Positions 1 to 7,532 of a stretch of 42,127 nt of DNA are shown here, one piece after another. Position numbers and translations under genes: made by a program. The DNA is from a virus. The first letter of the stretch is position 1. Each line of letters starts with the position of its first letter. The stretch lies in the UHGV virus genome UHGV-0229413; one strand, written 5' to 3'. The notes below the pieces were generated by a model. The model worked only from the letters and a program-made list of their open reading frames with translations, was not told where the DNA came from and made no database searches.

Positions 1-148
1 CTTGGAACAGTGATTGCCCTAAAGACAGGATTGGAAGAGGATGTGGAGCTGGAGTGTGAGGATTATTTAGTAGCGGCATGCTTCCCGATACTGCTTTTTG
101 TGGTGTTTTTGGATTGGATAGTGCGGAGATTATGGAGGTGATACAGAT

Positions 149-355
149 ATGAGAGGGACTTTAAAGCACAGACGCGGAAAGAAAGAGATGAAGCAAGACC
201 GTGATGATCATTTTGCTGATCTGGCCGAACATGAACCAACAGAGAATGCCAAAAAGTGGATGCAAAGAGGTGCGTACTCAGTAGAGGACTGCTTAAGAAA
301 ATGGGGAGTAGATACGAAAGGGAGTGTTGCCAGTGGACAAGAAGATACTGATTGA
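149..355 (+). CDS. hypothetical small protein (68 aa)
   Basis: ORF with GGAGGTGA ribosome-binding site 7 nt upstream of ATG; overlaps the start of the next gene; no recognisable domain. Confidence 0.3.
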   Translation: MRGTLKHRRGKKEMKQDRDDHFADLAEHEPTENAKKWMQRGAYSVEDCLRKWGVDTKGSVASGQEDTD

Positions 356-797
356 GTATGCAGACATGAAAGAAGAGATAAAAGATCTGAGACGTAGGAT
401 TGCAGAGGATAAAAAGAAAATAGAGCAACTGAACAAGATTACTGTGCAAGATTCTGTTGCATGTGGAAAGAAAGGCAACAAACCATTGCGAACAGTGAAA
501 ATAACAGGATTCCCACAAAGAGAATATGAAAAACGTGAGTTTTTACTTGAAAAGCGCATTGCAAAGCTGCAGATGTTGGAGACGGATCTTCTGGAGAAAC
601 AGATACAGGTAGAGGAATATATAGAGAAGATAGAAAAGAGCCGTTTAAGAACTATGTTCAGATTATATTACATAGATAATCTAACGTGGGAAATGGTGGC
701 AATGAGGATGAATTACATGTTTCCCAAAAAGCGGATTCCATTCACAAAAGATAGTTGCAGAATAATGCACGAGAGATATCTTGAAAAAGTTTCATAA
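324..797 (+). CDS. putative phage late-gene transcriptional regulator (ArpU/RinA-like, sigma-70 region-4-like C-terminal HTH)
   Basis: ~150 aa; coiled-coil N-terminus; C-terminal 'RTMFRLYYIDNLTWEMVAMRM' HTH-like segment; sits just upstream of the packaging genes; true start probably GTG 333 or ATG 366. Confidence 0.5.
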   Translation: MLPVDKKILIEYADMKEEIKDLRRRIAEDKKKIEQLNKITVQDSVACGKKGNKPLRTVKITGFPQREYEKREFLLEKRIAKLQMLETDLLEKQIQVEEYIEKIEKSRLRTMFRLYYIDNLTWEMVAMRMNYMFPKKRIPFTKDSCRIMHERYLEKVS

Positions 798-927
798 ATG
801 TTCGCCACTGTTCGCTTCAAAGGTGATAATATGGTATAAAGCCAAAAGAAACAATCTGGACGGCTAAGGTGTTTTTAGCTTTCCTCCTAAAAACAACCAG
901 TAAAAACCACACACAAATTATAAAAGG

Positions 928-957
928 CGTCTTGCATGAAAATGCAAGGCGTTTTTT
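928..957 (+). terminator. rho-independent terminator
   Basis: 10-bp stem cgtcttgcat/atgcaaggcg, GAAA loop, then TTTTTT. Confidence 0.6.
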
Positions 958-1242
958 GTACGTTATGTCAATTGTAAAAATAGAACAAATGTTCTATAAT
1001 AATTAAACCGAAACACAACAAGAATGAGATGCAAATTGTTGATAATTGTCAAAATTTGGTATATTATTATTAAAATGTGGTGAGTTTGATAAGGTTTGTG
1101 TGGAGGGATTTTGAATGGATATTGAGAAGATTATCTCAGCTTTACAGATGGAGGGTATACAGAGTAGATGTCGATTATATTTTATTAGAAAAAAGAATAA
1201 CAATTCTTACATAAGTTATTCGCCTTTGATTGAAGAGGGGGG

Positions 1243-2049
1243 GTGGCAGAGCAGCTGATAGAATTAGTGCGGAATTATCTAGAAAAACAAAAAAGATTAC
1301 CAATTACCGAATTTAGCCCAATAGGATCTTATGGTGACATGTTGGAATCTTGCAAAACAGAAGAAATTCAAAATTATCAAGAAGTCATTGAAAGTTTACA
1401 AGAGGATAGAGTGGAAAGGGAGACTATTGGAAACAGTGTGATTAATAAACTAAATTTCTATTGTTTGTCTGTTGACTGTGTTATTGATGGGAGAGAAGAA
1501 AACATTAAATTTTTCCGTAGATTAACAAGATTTAAGAAATTGTCATCTAAAGGTATGTTTGGACAAATAAAAAATAATCGTTTTAGCAAGGTAGAAACAG
1601 AAATGTTGGGTGTAGATGGTGATATTGATACAATCTCAATCGGAAATAGTGTCATTATTTTAAATCATATCGCTCTTGAACGAATATTTTCGATGAATGA
1701 TCAATACATTGAAAAGTCGGAGGAGGCTATTAAAAAAATAGAAGAAGCAAAACGGATTGAGAATTTTGAACAATTTAAGGAAGACTGCAAAAATGATAAA
1801 AGAATAGTAAGAATTCTGACAAGGCTACTCAATGAGGAAAATAGACTTGAACATTGCTTTGAAAATTTTGAAAATGTACAAAAAGCTATAAATATTTTTG
1901 AGTTGGGTATACATACCGGTATGCAAGGGGGCAAACAGACTGTTATCTACGAAGACAAACATCAACTTATGGATATGGTCCGTTTAATTCGGGATTCGTA
2001 TTATACAAGTATTATCAGGGAGAGACACGGAGTTGATGACTCAATTTGA
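1243..2049 (+). CDS. hypothetical soluble protein (268 aa), first gene of AT-rich moron
   Basis: GTG start after a GA/G-rich ribosome-binding site; no TM segment, no P-loop, no motif I recognise; markedly AT-rich codon usage compared with flanking phage genes. Confidence 0.6.
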   Translation: MAEQLIELVRNYLEKQKRLPITEFSPIGSYGDMLESCKTEEIQNYQEVIESLQEDRVERETIGNSVINKLNFYCLSVDCVIDGREENIKFFRRLTRFKKLSSKGMFGQIKNNRFSKVETEMLGVDGDIDTISIGNSVIILNHIALERIFSMNDQYIEKSEEAIKKIEEAKRIENFEQFKEDCKNDKRIVRILTRLLNEENRLEHCFENFENVQKAINIFELGIHTGMQGGKQTVIYEDKHQLMDMVRLIRDSYYTSIIRERHGVDDSI

Positions 2050-2063
2050 TAGGAGGAGATGTA

Positions 2064-2636
2064 ATGAATAAAATCAATTTTAATATAATGAAAATTAAAA
2101 TGTTTATTACATCATATTTTCCGCTATACATTATTTTATTAGCACTTCAAATAAAAAAATATCCGATAGTATTTAATATAGATGCGATATTTGTGCCGGC
2201 AACGATATTTGCAACGGTTTTGATAGTTTTTATATCAATATCCATAACGAGCACAATTGATTTATTTGTGACTTGTAGTCATGAATCATATAGATATCAG
2301 TCAATAGATCGAACTGGAGATGCTGTAGTGTCATACTTGATGACATATGTAGTACCACTGTTATCTGAATCATTTCTGACATATAATGGATTTATAATAA
2401 ATACAGCTCTTTTTATATTAATAGGAATAATGTATATTAAATTAGATTTGATATATTTTAATCCGACGTGGATTATTTTGGGATATGCTGTATACACAAC
2501 AGAAAAAGGAGATCTGATAATAAGCAATATTCCATACGGAGTATTAAAACAAAATATCGGAAATCATTTAAAAAGCAGTTATCTGGTCAAAGGTGTGTAT
2601 CTGATCCAAAAAAAAGATAATTTAAATCACATATAA
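2064..2636 (+). CDS. hypothetical integral membrane protein (~190 aa, 4-5 predicted TM helices), second gene of moron
   Basis: AGGAGG at 2052-2057 then ATG 2064, immediately after the stop of the upstream gene (translational coupling); long hydrophobic stretches. Confidence 0.6.
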   Translation: MNKINFNIMKIKMFITSYFPLYIILLALQIKKYPIVFNIDAIFVPATIFATVLIVFISISITSTIDLFVTCSHESYRYQSIDRTGDAVVSYLMTYVVPLLSESFLTYNGFIINTALFILIGIMYIKLDLIYFNPTWIILGYAVYTTEKGDLIISNIPYGVLKQNIGNHLKSSYLVKGVYLIQKKDNLNHI

Positions 2637-2654
2637 AAATTTATATAATAGAGG

Positions 2655-2679
2655 AAGCACTCCCTTTGGGGTGCTTTTC
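2655..2679 (+). terminator. rho-independent terminator (bulged stem)
   Basis: agcac(t)ccc / ggggtgct stem, TTT loop, then TTTTCC. Confidence 0.5.
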
Positions 2680-2729
2680 CAATACATAAAACCTCTCATT
2701 CTTCACATACTATATCTGAGGTGAGGAAA

Positions 2730-2876
2730 ATGGATAAGAAGGATCAAGAGAAGTCAAACAGAAAGAAAAGCAATGAAAAATTCAACAGCATTACTCAAAA
2801 GGTAAAGCCGGAGAATCAGAACCAGCGTCATAATGCCAGAAAAGAGGCAGTTGATGTGAAGATGAGACAAATGTAA
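2730..2876 (+). CDS. small Lys/Arg/Asn-rich protein (48 aa), standalone gene
   Basis: GGTGAGGAAAA ribosome-binding site then ATG; MDKKDQEKSNRKKSNEKFNS...; has its own downstream terminator; not in the ORF track because under 60 aa. Confidence 0.4.
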   Translation: MDKKDQEKSNRKKSNEKFNSITQKVKPENQNQRHNARKEAVDVKMRQM

Positions 2877-2899
2877 GACGTCCATTAGGGCGTCTTTTC
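2876..2899 (+). terminator. rho-independent terminator
   Basis: agacgtcc / gggcgtct stem (one G:U pair), ATTA loop, TTTT run. Confidence 0.55.
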
Positions 2900-2913
2900 T
2901 AATACAAAAATAT

Positions 2914-2987
2914 GGATACATAACTCAATCGGTCAGAGCGGCAGCCTTATAAGCTGTGTGTCACGGGTTCGATTCCCGTTGTCCGGA
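2914..2987 (+). tRNA. tRNA-like sequence, possibly pseudo-tRNA or att remnant; anticodon loop reads UAU
   Basis: good T-arm acggg-TTCGATT-cccgt, anticodon arm gcagc-cttataa-gctgt, D-arm with GG; but the acceptor stem 'ggataca'/'tgtccgg' pairs at only 3 of 7 positions. Confidence 0.3.
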
Positions 2988-3095
2988 TTGTGGACTACTG
3001 CAAGTTCCTACTTGTGTTAGAGAATCCGGTAAAGTTGCCAAGTTACGTATTTTTTGCATTAGTCCTATAAATTTTAAAAACCTCAGAGAAAAGTG

Positions 3096-3124
3096 TTGAC
3101 ATATGGTTAACCATATGGTATTAT
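3096..3124 (+). promoter_or_regulatory. sigma-70/SigA-type promoter (TTGACA, 17-nt spacer, extended -10 TGgTATTAT)
   Basis: consensus -35 at 3096-3101, 17-nt spacer, TATTAT at 3119-3124 preceded by TG; drives the small-peptide/RHH cluster. Confidence 0.55.
3100..3117. promoter_or_regulatory. 18-bp perfect palindrome catatggttaaccatatg filling the promoter spacer (putative operator)
   Basis: exact dyad symmetry between -35 and -10. Confidence 0.5.
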
Positions 3125-3149
3125 ATACTTGTAAGGAGGTGAGATACAG

Positions 3150-3272
3150 ATGAGCAAGAAACGAAAGAAAAAGAAAAACTCCATAGATTGGATTGAAGTG
3201 CTGGTTCAAACAATCGTAGGAGTTGTTTCTGGAGTGATAGCCGGAGTTATTACATGGCTTATCACAAAATAG
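3150..3272 (+). CDS. small membrane peptide (40 aa): poly-Lys N-terminus plus a single TM helix
   Basis: AAGGAGGTG ribosome-binding site, ATG, MSKKRKKKKNSIDWIEVLVQTIVGVVSGVIAGVITWLITK; type-I-toxin/holin-like architecture. Confidence 0.45.
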   Translation: MSKKRKKKKNSIDWIEVLVQTIVGVVSGVIAGVITWLITK

Positions 3273-3344
3273 TAAGATACAGGAGAGGCGGAAAAGCCTC
3301 TCTTGTATAAATAATATAGCACATAGGCTCATCTGTGTAAAGCT

Positions 3345-3446
3345 ATGAGAATAGAAGTGATAGTAGCAATTGTTGTGGCTGTGACAGCAGGATTGATAGC
3401 AGGAAAATTATATCGTAAGTGGAGGGATGAACATGCCGGTAGGTAG
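3345..3446 (+). CDS. small membrane peptide (33 aa): TM helix plus basic C-terminus
   Basis: MRIEVIVAIVVAVTAGLIAGKLYRKWRDEHAGR; weak ribosome-binding site; overlaps the start of the downstream RHH gene. Confidence 0.3.
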   Translation: MRIEVIVAIVVAVTAGLIAGKLYRKWRDEHAGR

Positions 3447-3636
3447 CCCAAAACCTCAAACGATTGCATCGGAGAAGTATCAAAAGAAAGCAGGATGGAT
3501 GACAAAGGGTTTCAAGATAAAGCGAGAGTTAGCGGATGAATTTGCAGAAGCATGTGAAACCGCAGGAGTCAGTCAGGCTTCAAAGATCAGCGAACTTATG
3601 AAAGGATTCATAGAGGAAGTGAATAGTGAGAAATAG
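3433..3636 (+). CDS. ribbon-helix-helix (CopG/MobC-like) small DNA-binding protein
   Basis: GGAGGG ribosome-binding site; beta-strand 'KGFKIK' followed by two helices 'RELADEFAEACETAGVSQASKISELMKGFIEEV'; alternative start ATG 3427. Confidence 0.5.
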   Translation: MPVGSPKPQTIASEKYQKKAGWMTKGFKIKRELADEFAEACETAGVSQASKISELMKGFIEEVNSEK

Positions 3637-3641
3637 TAGAG

Positions 3642-3670
3642 AGCATCTGGTGAAAGCCAGGTGCTTTTCT
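3642..3670 (+). terminator. rho-independent terminator
   Basis: agcatctgg / ccaggtgct stem, TGAAAG loop, TTTTCT. Confidence 0.5.
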
Positions 3671-3737
3671 GCGTCCTGAGCAAAGACGATAAAAGGCTTT
3701 GGGCAAAAGCCTACAGTGTGCGATATCGCACAAATAT

Positions 3738-3809
3738 AGCAGGATAGAGCAGTGGAAGCTCGTCAGTCTCCTTAGCTGAAGGTCGGAGGTTCGATTCCTT
3801 CTCCTGCAA
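3738..3809 (+). tRNA. tRNA-Arg (anticodon CCU), phage-encoded
   Basis: cloverleaf: acceptor 6/7 bp, D-arm gagc-agtggaa-gctc, anticodon arm tcagt-cuCCUua-gctga, T-arm ggagg-TTCGATT-ccttc, discriminator A, no encoded CCA. Confidence 0.6.
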
Positions 3810-3822
3810 TCGAGGTGATTAT

Positions 3823-4161
3823 ATGACAGAACATGAGATTGCATTTGTAAAGAAATGTATAAGAGAAAATATCCACAGATTCTATACATGGGGCAAGTGG
3901 AAAGCATTAAGAGAACAGGTACTACAGCTTGATAAATATGAATGCCAGTTATGTAAGAAACGTGGAAAGTATACAAAGGCAACGACGGTTCATCATATGA
4001 ATTATGTAAAGAAGCATCCAGACAAGGCATTGGAAATCTGGTACAGCTTCAGAGGCGAGAAGCGGAGAAACCTAATCAGCCTGTGCCATGATTGTCATGA
4101 AGAGGTTCATGGATATCGAAAGCCAAAGAAAAAAGAACCGCTGACAGAAGAAAGATGGTAA
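3823..4161 (+). CDS. HNH homing-type endonuclease (packaging-associated)
   Basis: CxxC...HH...CxxCH motifs (CQLCKK...VHHMNY...CHDCHEEVH); directly upstream of terminase. Confidence 0.85.
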   Translation: MTEHEIAFVKKCIRENIHRFYTWGKWKALREQVLQLDKYECQLCKKRGKYTKATTVHHMNYVKKHPDKALEIWYSFRGEKRRNLISLCHDCHEEVHGYRKPKKKEPLTEERW

Positions 4162-4230
4162 AGAAAAATAAAATTGTCAGGATACCCCCGGTCGAAAAAA
4201 ATCGGGTTTTAATATGCCCCGTAGAGACCG

Positions 4231-4620
4231 GTGGGTGCTCCCGACAAAAGAAATTTCTCGTGCGCGCGTGACGGAGGGGGTGGTATAAGGGCGAGAAAAA
4301 CAAGAAAAGAATTATTGCGAGTGGAAATTAAAGAGGACCTTCTTGATCAGCTGGCCCGGAATGGAACCACAGGGAAATATTACATCGACTTGGTCGATAA
4401 ATATATGGACTTCTGGGACCTGGAGAACGAACTGATCGCAGACATTAAAAAGAGAGGCGCTATCGTTGAATATAATAATGGAGGAGGTCAAAAAGGGCAA
4501 AAGAAAAATGACTCGATAGATCAGAGAATTAAGGTCAATGCTCAAATGCTTAAAATACTGGACAGTCTAGGAATTAAGCCGGTTGGCGATGATTCGGGAG
4601 ATGATGAAGATGAGCTGTAA
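4231..4620 (+). CDS. terS: terminase small subunit (P27-like)
   Basis: position, size, basic N-terminus and acidic tail ...DDSGDDEDEL; true start probably internal (~4284-4320; GGAGGGGG ribosome-binding site at 4271). Confidence 0.65.
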   Translation: MGAPDKRNFSCARDGGGGIRARKTRKELLRVEIKEDLLDQLARNGTTGKYYIDLVDKYMDFWDLENELIADIKKRGAIVEYNNGGGQKGQKKNDSIDQRIKVNAQMLKILDSLGIKPVGDDSGDDEDEL

Positions 4621-6295
4621 CATACATCCATATATTCAGGAATGGATCGACATAGTTGAGAAAAAAATCTATGCAGTATGCGAAGAGCAGGAGCTGCTTG
4701 TCGCGCATGTAAAATGGTGTTTTGAGCATGAAGATATTTATATAGATTGTGATCAGTTGGAGAAATATATCGGGATGTCAAAATACTTCCCGTTTGAAGA
4801 AATATTTCCCTGGCAGAAGTTTGTGATCGGACTGCACGATTGCACATATTGGAGAGAATCCGGGCTTCCAAGATGGCCGGATTTATTCTGTATGTTGGGG
4901 AGAGGAGCGGGAAAAGATGGTACAATTGCGCTCGAATCAGTGTGTTTAATGTCCCCGCATAATGGAATCAGAGAGTACGATGTAGATATCTGTGCAAATA
5001 ATGAGGACCAGGCAATGCGTCCAGTCCATGACGTGATAAACGCATTTGAACGACCGTCTGTGATAAAGAAATTAAAGAAATTCTTCCGATGGACGAAAGA
5101 ACAGGTTTTATGCTTGAAAACAAAGTCTATTATGAAGGGAAGAACAAACAGTCCGAAAGGAAAAGACGGTCTTCGTTCTGGAATCTGTATTTTTAATGAG
5201 ATCCATCAATATGAAGACTATAAGAATATAAACGTCTTTACGACAGGACTTGGTAAGAAGAAACATCCAAGACGTTCTTACTACACGACAAATGGTGATG
5301 TGCGGGAAGGACCGCTGGATGATCTGCTGGAAACTTCCGAACAGATCTTACGGGGTGGCGAACCGGATAATGGGTTATTACCATTTATCTGTAAATTGAA
5401 TAAAAAGGAAGATGTGGATCAGGAAGAAAACTGGCCAATGGCAAATCCATCGTTGCCATATCTGCCAAGTCTTATGGAAGAGATCAGGAAAGAATACAGG
5501 GAATGGAAGAAAAATCCGAGAAGACTTCCGGCATTTATGACAAAACGAATGAATATTCCGGAAAATGCGGAAGAAATGAGTGTAACGGAGTGGGACAATA
5601 TCAAAGCGACCAACATCTTACTGCCGGATCTGGAAAGATGGAGCTGTGTATGTGGAATTGACTATACAAAATTAACAGATTGGGCTTCCGTAGATCTTCA
5701 TTTCCGAGATGGAGATGAACGGTTTGACATCAGCCATTCATGGATGTGCCTAAATTCGAAAGACATTACGAGGATCAAGGCTCCATGGAAAGAATGGGCG
5801 GATTCCGGAAGACTGACGCTTGTAGATGACGTGGAAATACATCCGTCATTGCTTACAAATTATATACAGGAAGCAAAACGCACCTACAATATCAAAGCTT
5901 TGGCCTTGGATGATTTCCGTTTTGCATTGATCGGAAAATATCTGCAGGAAATAGGCTTTGATATGAAAGTAAATAAGAATCTGAAGCTGATCCGGCCATC
6001 AGACATTATGAAAGTGGCACCTCTGATCGATAGCTGCTTTGTAAATAAATGGTTGCGGTGGGGAGATGCTCCAGAATTAAGGTGGGCCACCAATAATGCA
6101 AAACTAATCAGGCATGGAAGAAAACCAGGAAAAGAGGATGATGCCGATATGGGAAATTATGTATATGGAAAAATAGAAGGAAAAAGCAGAAAAACAGACC
6201 CATTTATGGCATTTGTAGCAGCGATGACTGTAGAAAACGTGCTGCCGCAGAAACGGGCAAAACCAACACCGAAAATACAGGTTTACAGTTATTAA
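4601..6295 (+). CDS. terL: terminase large subunit (Terminase_1 family)
   Basis: Walker A GRGAGKDG, nuclease C-terminal domain; ATG cluster 4601/4604/4610 overlaps the terS stop. Confidence 0.9.
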   Translation: MMKMSCNIHPYIQEWIDIVEKKIYAVCEEQELLVAHVKWCFEHEDIYIDCDQLEKYIGMSKYFPFEEIFPWQKFVIGLHDCTYWRESGLPRWPDLFCMLGRGAGKDGTIALESVCLMSPHNGIREYDVDICANNEDQAMRPVHDVINAFERPSVIKKLKKFFRWTKEQVLCLKTKSIMKGRTNSPKGKDGLRSGICIFNEIHQYEDYKNINVFTTGLGKKKHPRRSYYTTNGDVREGPLDDLLETSEQILRGGEPDNGLLPFICKLNKKEDVDQEENWPMANPSLPYLPSLMEEIRKEYREWKKNPRRLPAFMTKRMNIPENAEEMSVTEWDNIKATNILLPDLERWSCVCGIDYTKLTDWASVDLHFRDGDERFDISHSWMCLNSKDITRIKAPWKEWADSGRLTLVDDVEIHPSLLTNYIQEAKRTYNIKALALDDFRFALIGKYLQEIGFDMKVNKNLKLIRPSDIMKVAPLIDSCFVNKWLRWGDAPELRWATNNAKLIRHGRKPGKEDDADMGNYVYGKIEGKSRKTDPFMAFVAAMTVENVLPQKRAKPTPKIQVYSY

Positions 6296-6331
6296 GGGGG
6301 TGAATGTAGGAAATTAAGTATTAAAGACTGG

Positions 6332-7495
6332 TTGATCAAAAAACTTGGAGGCAGCAGTACCACAAGGATCACAGTGGATGACATTATGAAAGATAAAGAT
6401 GTACAGAGTGCTATGTACGAAGTGTGTCTGAGAGAGCTGGCTTTCTGGACTTGCGTCAATAAAATTGCAAATGCCATCAGCAAATGCGAATTTAAAACGT
6501 ATATCAAAAAGAAAGAAGTAAAAGGACAGGAGTATTATCTTTGGAATTACGAACCAAATCAGAACCAGAATGCAACATCATTCATGAATAAGCTGATTGG
6601 CAAGCTGTACCGGAACAATGAATGCCTTGTGGTAGAAGTAAACAATCACATTTATGTGGCAGACAGTTACAGCAAAGAGGTGCTGGCATTGAAGGAGTAC
6701 AGATTCAGCGGGATTACATTTGACGGTTACGAATTGTCTGAAACGCGGGAAATGTCGGAAGTCATGTTTTTCGAATTAAATTCAGAGAATATGAGGAATC
6801 TCACAAATGGGATGTATGAAACGTATTCAAAATTACTGATATATGCGCAGGATGCCTATAAAAAATCAAGAGGAAAAAAAGGAATCCTGAATATTGGAGC
6901 AATTGCACAGGAAAGTGAGAATTTCGATGAAACATTCCAGGAGTTGATGAGCACGCATTTTAAGAACTTCTTTGAAAGCGACAGTGCGGTGTTGCCATTG
7001 TTTGACGGATACGAATATCAGGATATTTCAGAAAGCGGAAAGACGTATTCTGCAGAGTCAACACGAGATATCAAGTCTTTAGCTGATGACATCTTTGAAT
7101 TTACAGCAAGAGCATTTTCTTTCCCACCGAGTCTGGCCAAAGGAGATGTACAGGATACAGGGAAAGCGATTGATGAACTTCTGACCTTTGTGATAGATCC
7201 GCTCATTAAGATGCTGCAGCAGGAGATCAACCGAAAGAGAAATGGATACACAGGATTTAAAGCTGGAAATTATGTGAAGATAGAGACTCTGGCAGTCAAG
7301 CATATTGATATTTTTGATATTGCAACTCCAGTAGATAAGCTGATCTCAAGCGGAGCATTTACGATCAATGATATTTTGGAAGTGCTCGGAAAACCGAGAA
7401 TTGAAGAAGACTGGGCAAACCAGCACTTTATGACGAAAAATTATAGTAAGATTCAAGACCTGCTTGCAGGATTGGATATAGAAACCACAGAGTGA
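6332..7495 (+). CDS. portal protein
   Basis: 387 aa, immediately after terL, typical portal composition; start (TTG 6332 or internal ATG) uncertain. Confidence 0.8.
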   Translation: MIKKLGGSSTTRITVDDIMKDKDVQSAMYEVCLRELAFWTCVNKIANAISKCEFKTYIKKKEVKGQEYYLWNYEPNQNQNATSFMNKLIGKLYRNNECLVVEVNNHIYVADSYSKEVLALKEYRFSGITFDGYELSETREMSEVMFFELNSENMRNLTNGMYETYSKLLIYAQDAYKKSRGKKGILNIGAIAQESENFDETFQELMSTHFKNFFESDSAVLPLFDGYEYQDISESGKTYSAESTRDIKSLADDIFEFTARAFSFPPSLAKGDVQDTGKAIDELLTFVIDPLIKMLQQEINRKRNGYTGFKAGNYVKIETLAVKHIDIFDIATPVDKLISSGAFTINDILEVLGKPRIEEDWANQHFMTKNYSKIQDLLAGLDIETTE

Positions 7496-7532
7496 AAGGG
7501 GTGAGACAAGGAAAAACATAACAAACTGGAGA

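Noticed and set aside
63-559. Minus-strand ORFs 63-518 and 293-559
   Set aside because: They are antisense to the regulator gene and have hydrophobic low-complexity translations.
2046-2063. TTG start at 2046 for the membrane protein (track start)
   Set aside because: ATG 2064 is preceded by a perfect AGGAGG at the ideal distance. The TTG start would place that ribosome-binding site inside the coding sequence.
6296-6309. Ribosome-binding-site / ATG / stop minimal ORFs after terL (GGGGGTGA ATG TAG) and before the tape measure gene (AGGAGGG ATG TAA at 12268-12280)
   Set aside because: Spacing between the Shine-Dalgarno sequence and ATG is only 1-3 nt in both cases, so these are unlikely to function as start-stop regulatory elements. 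Probably chance. The AGGAGG before the tape measure gene is still noted in the tape measure start finding.
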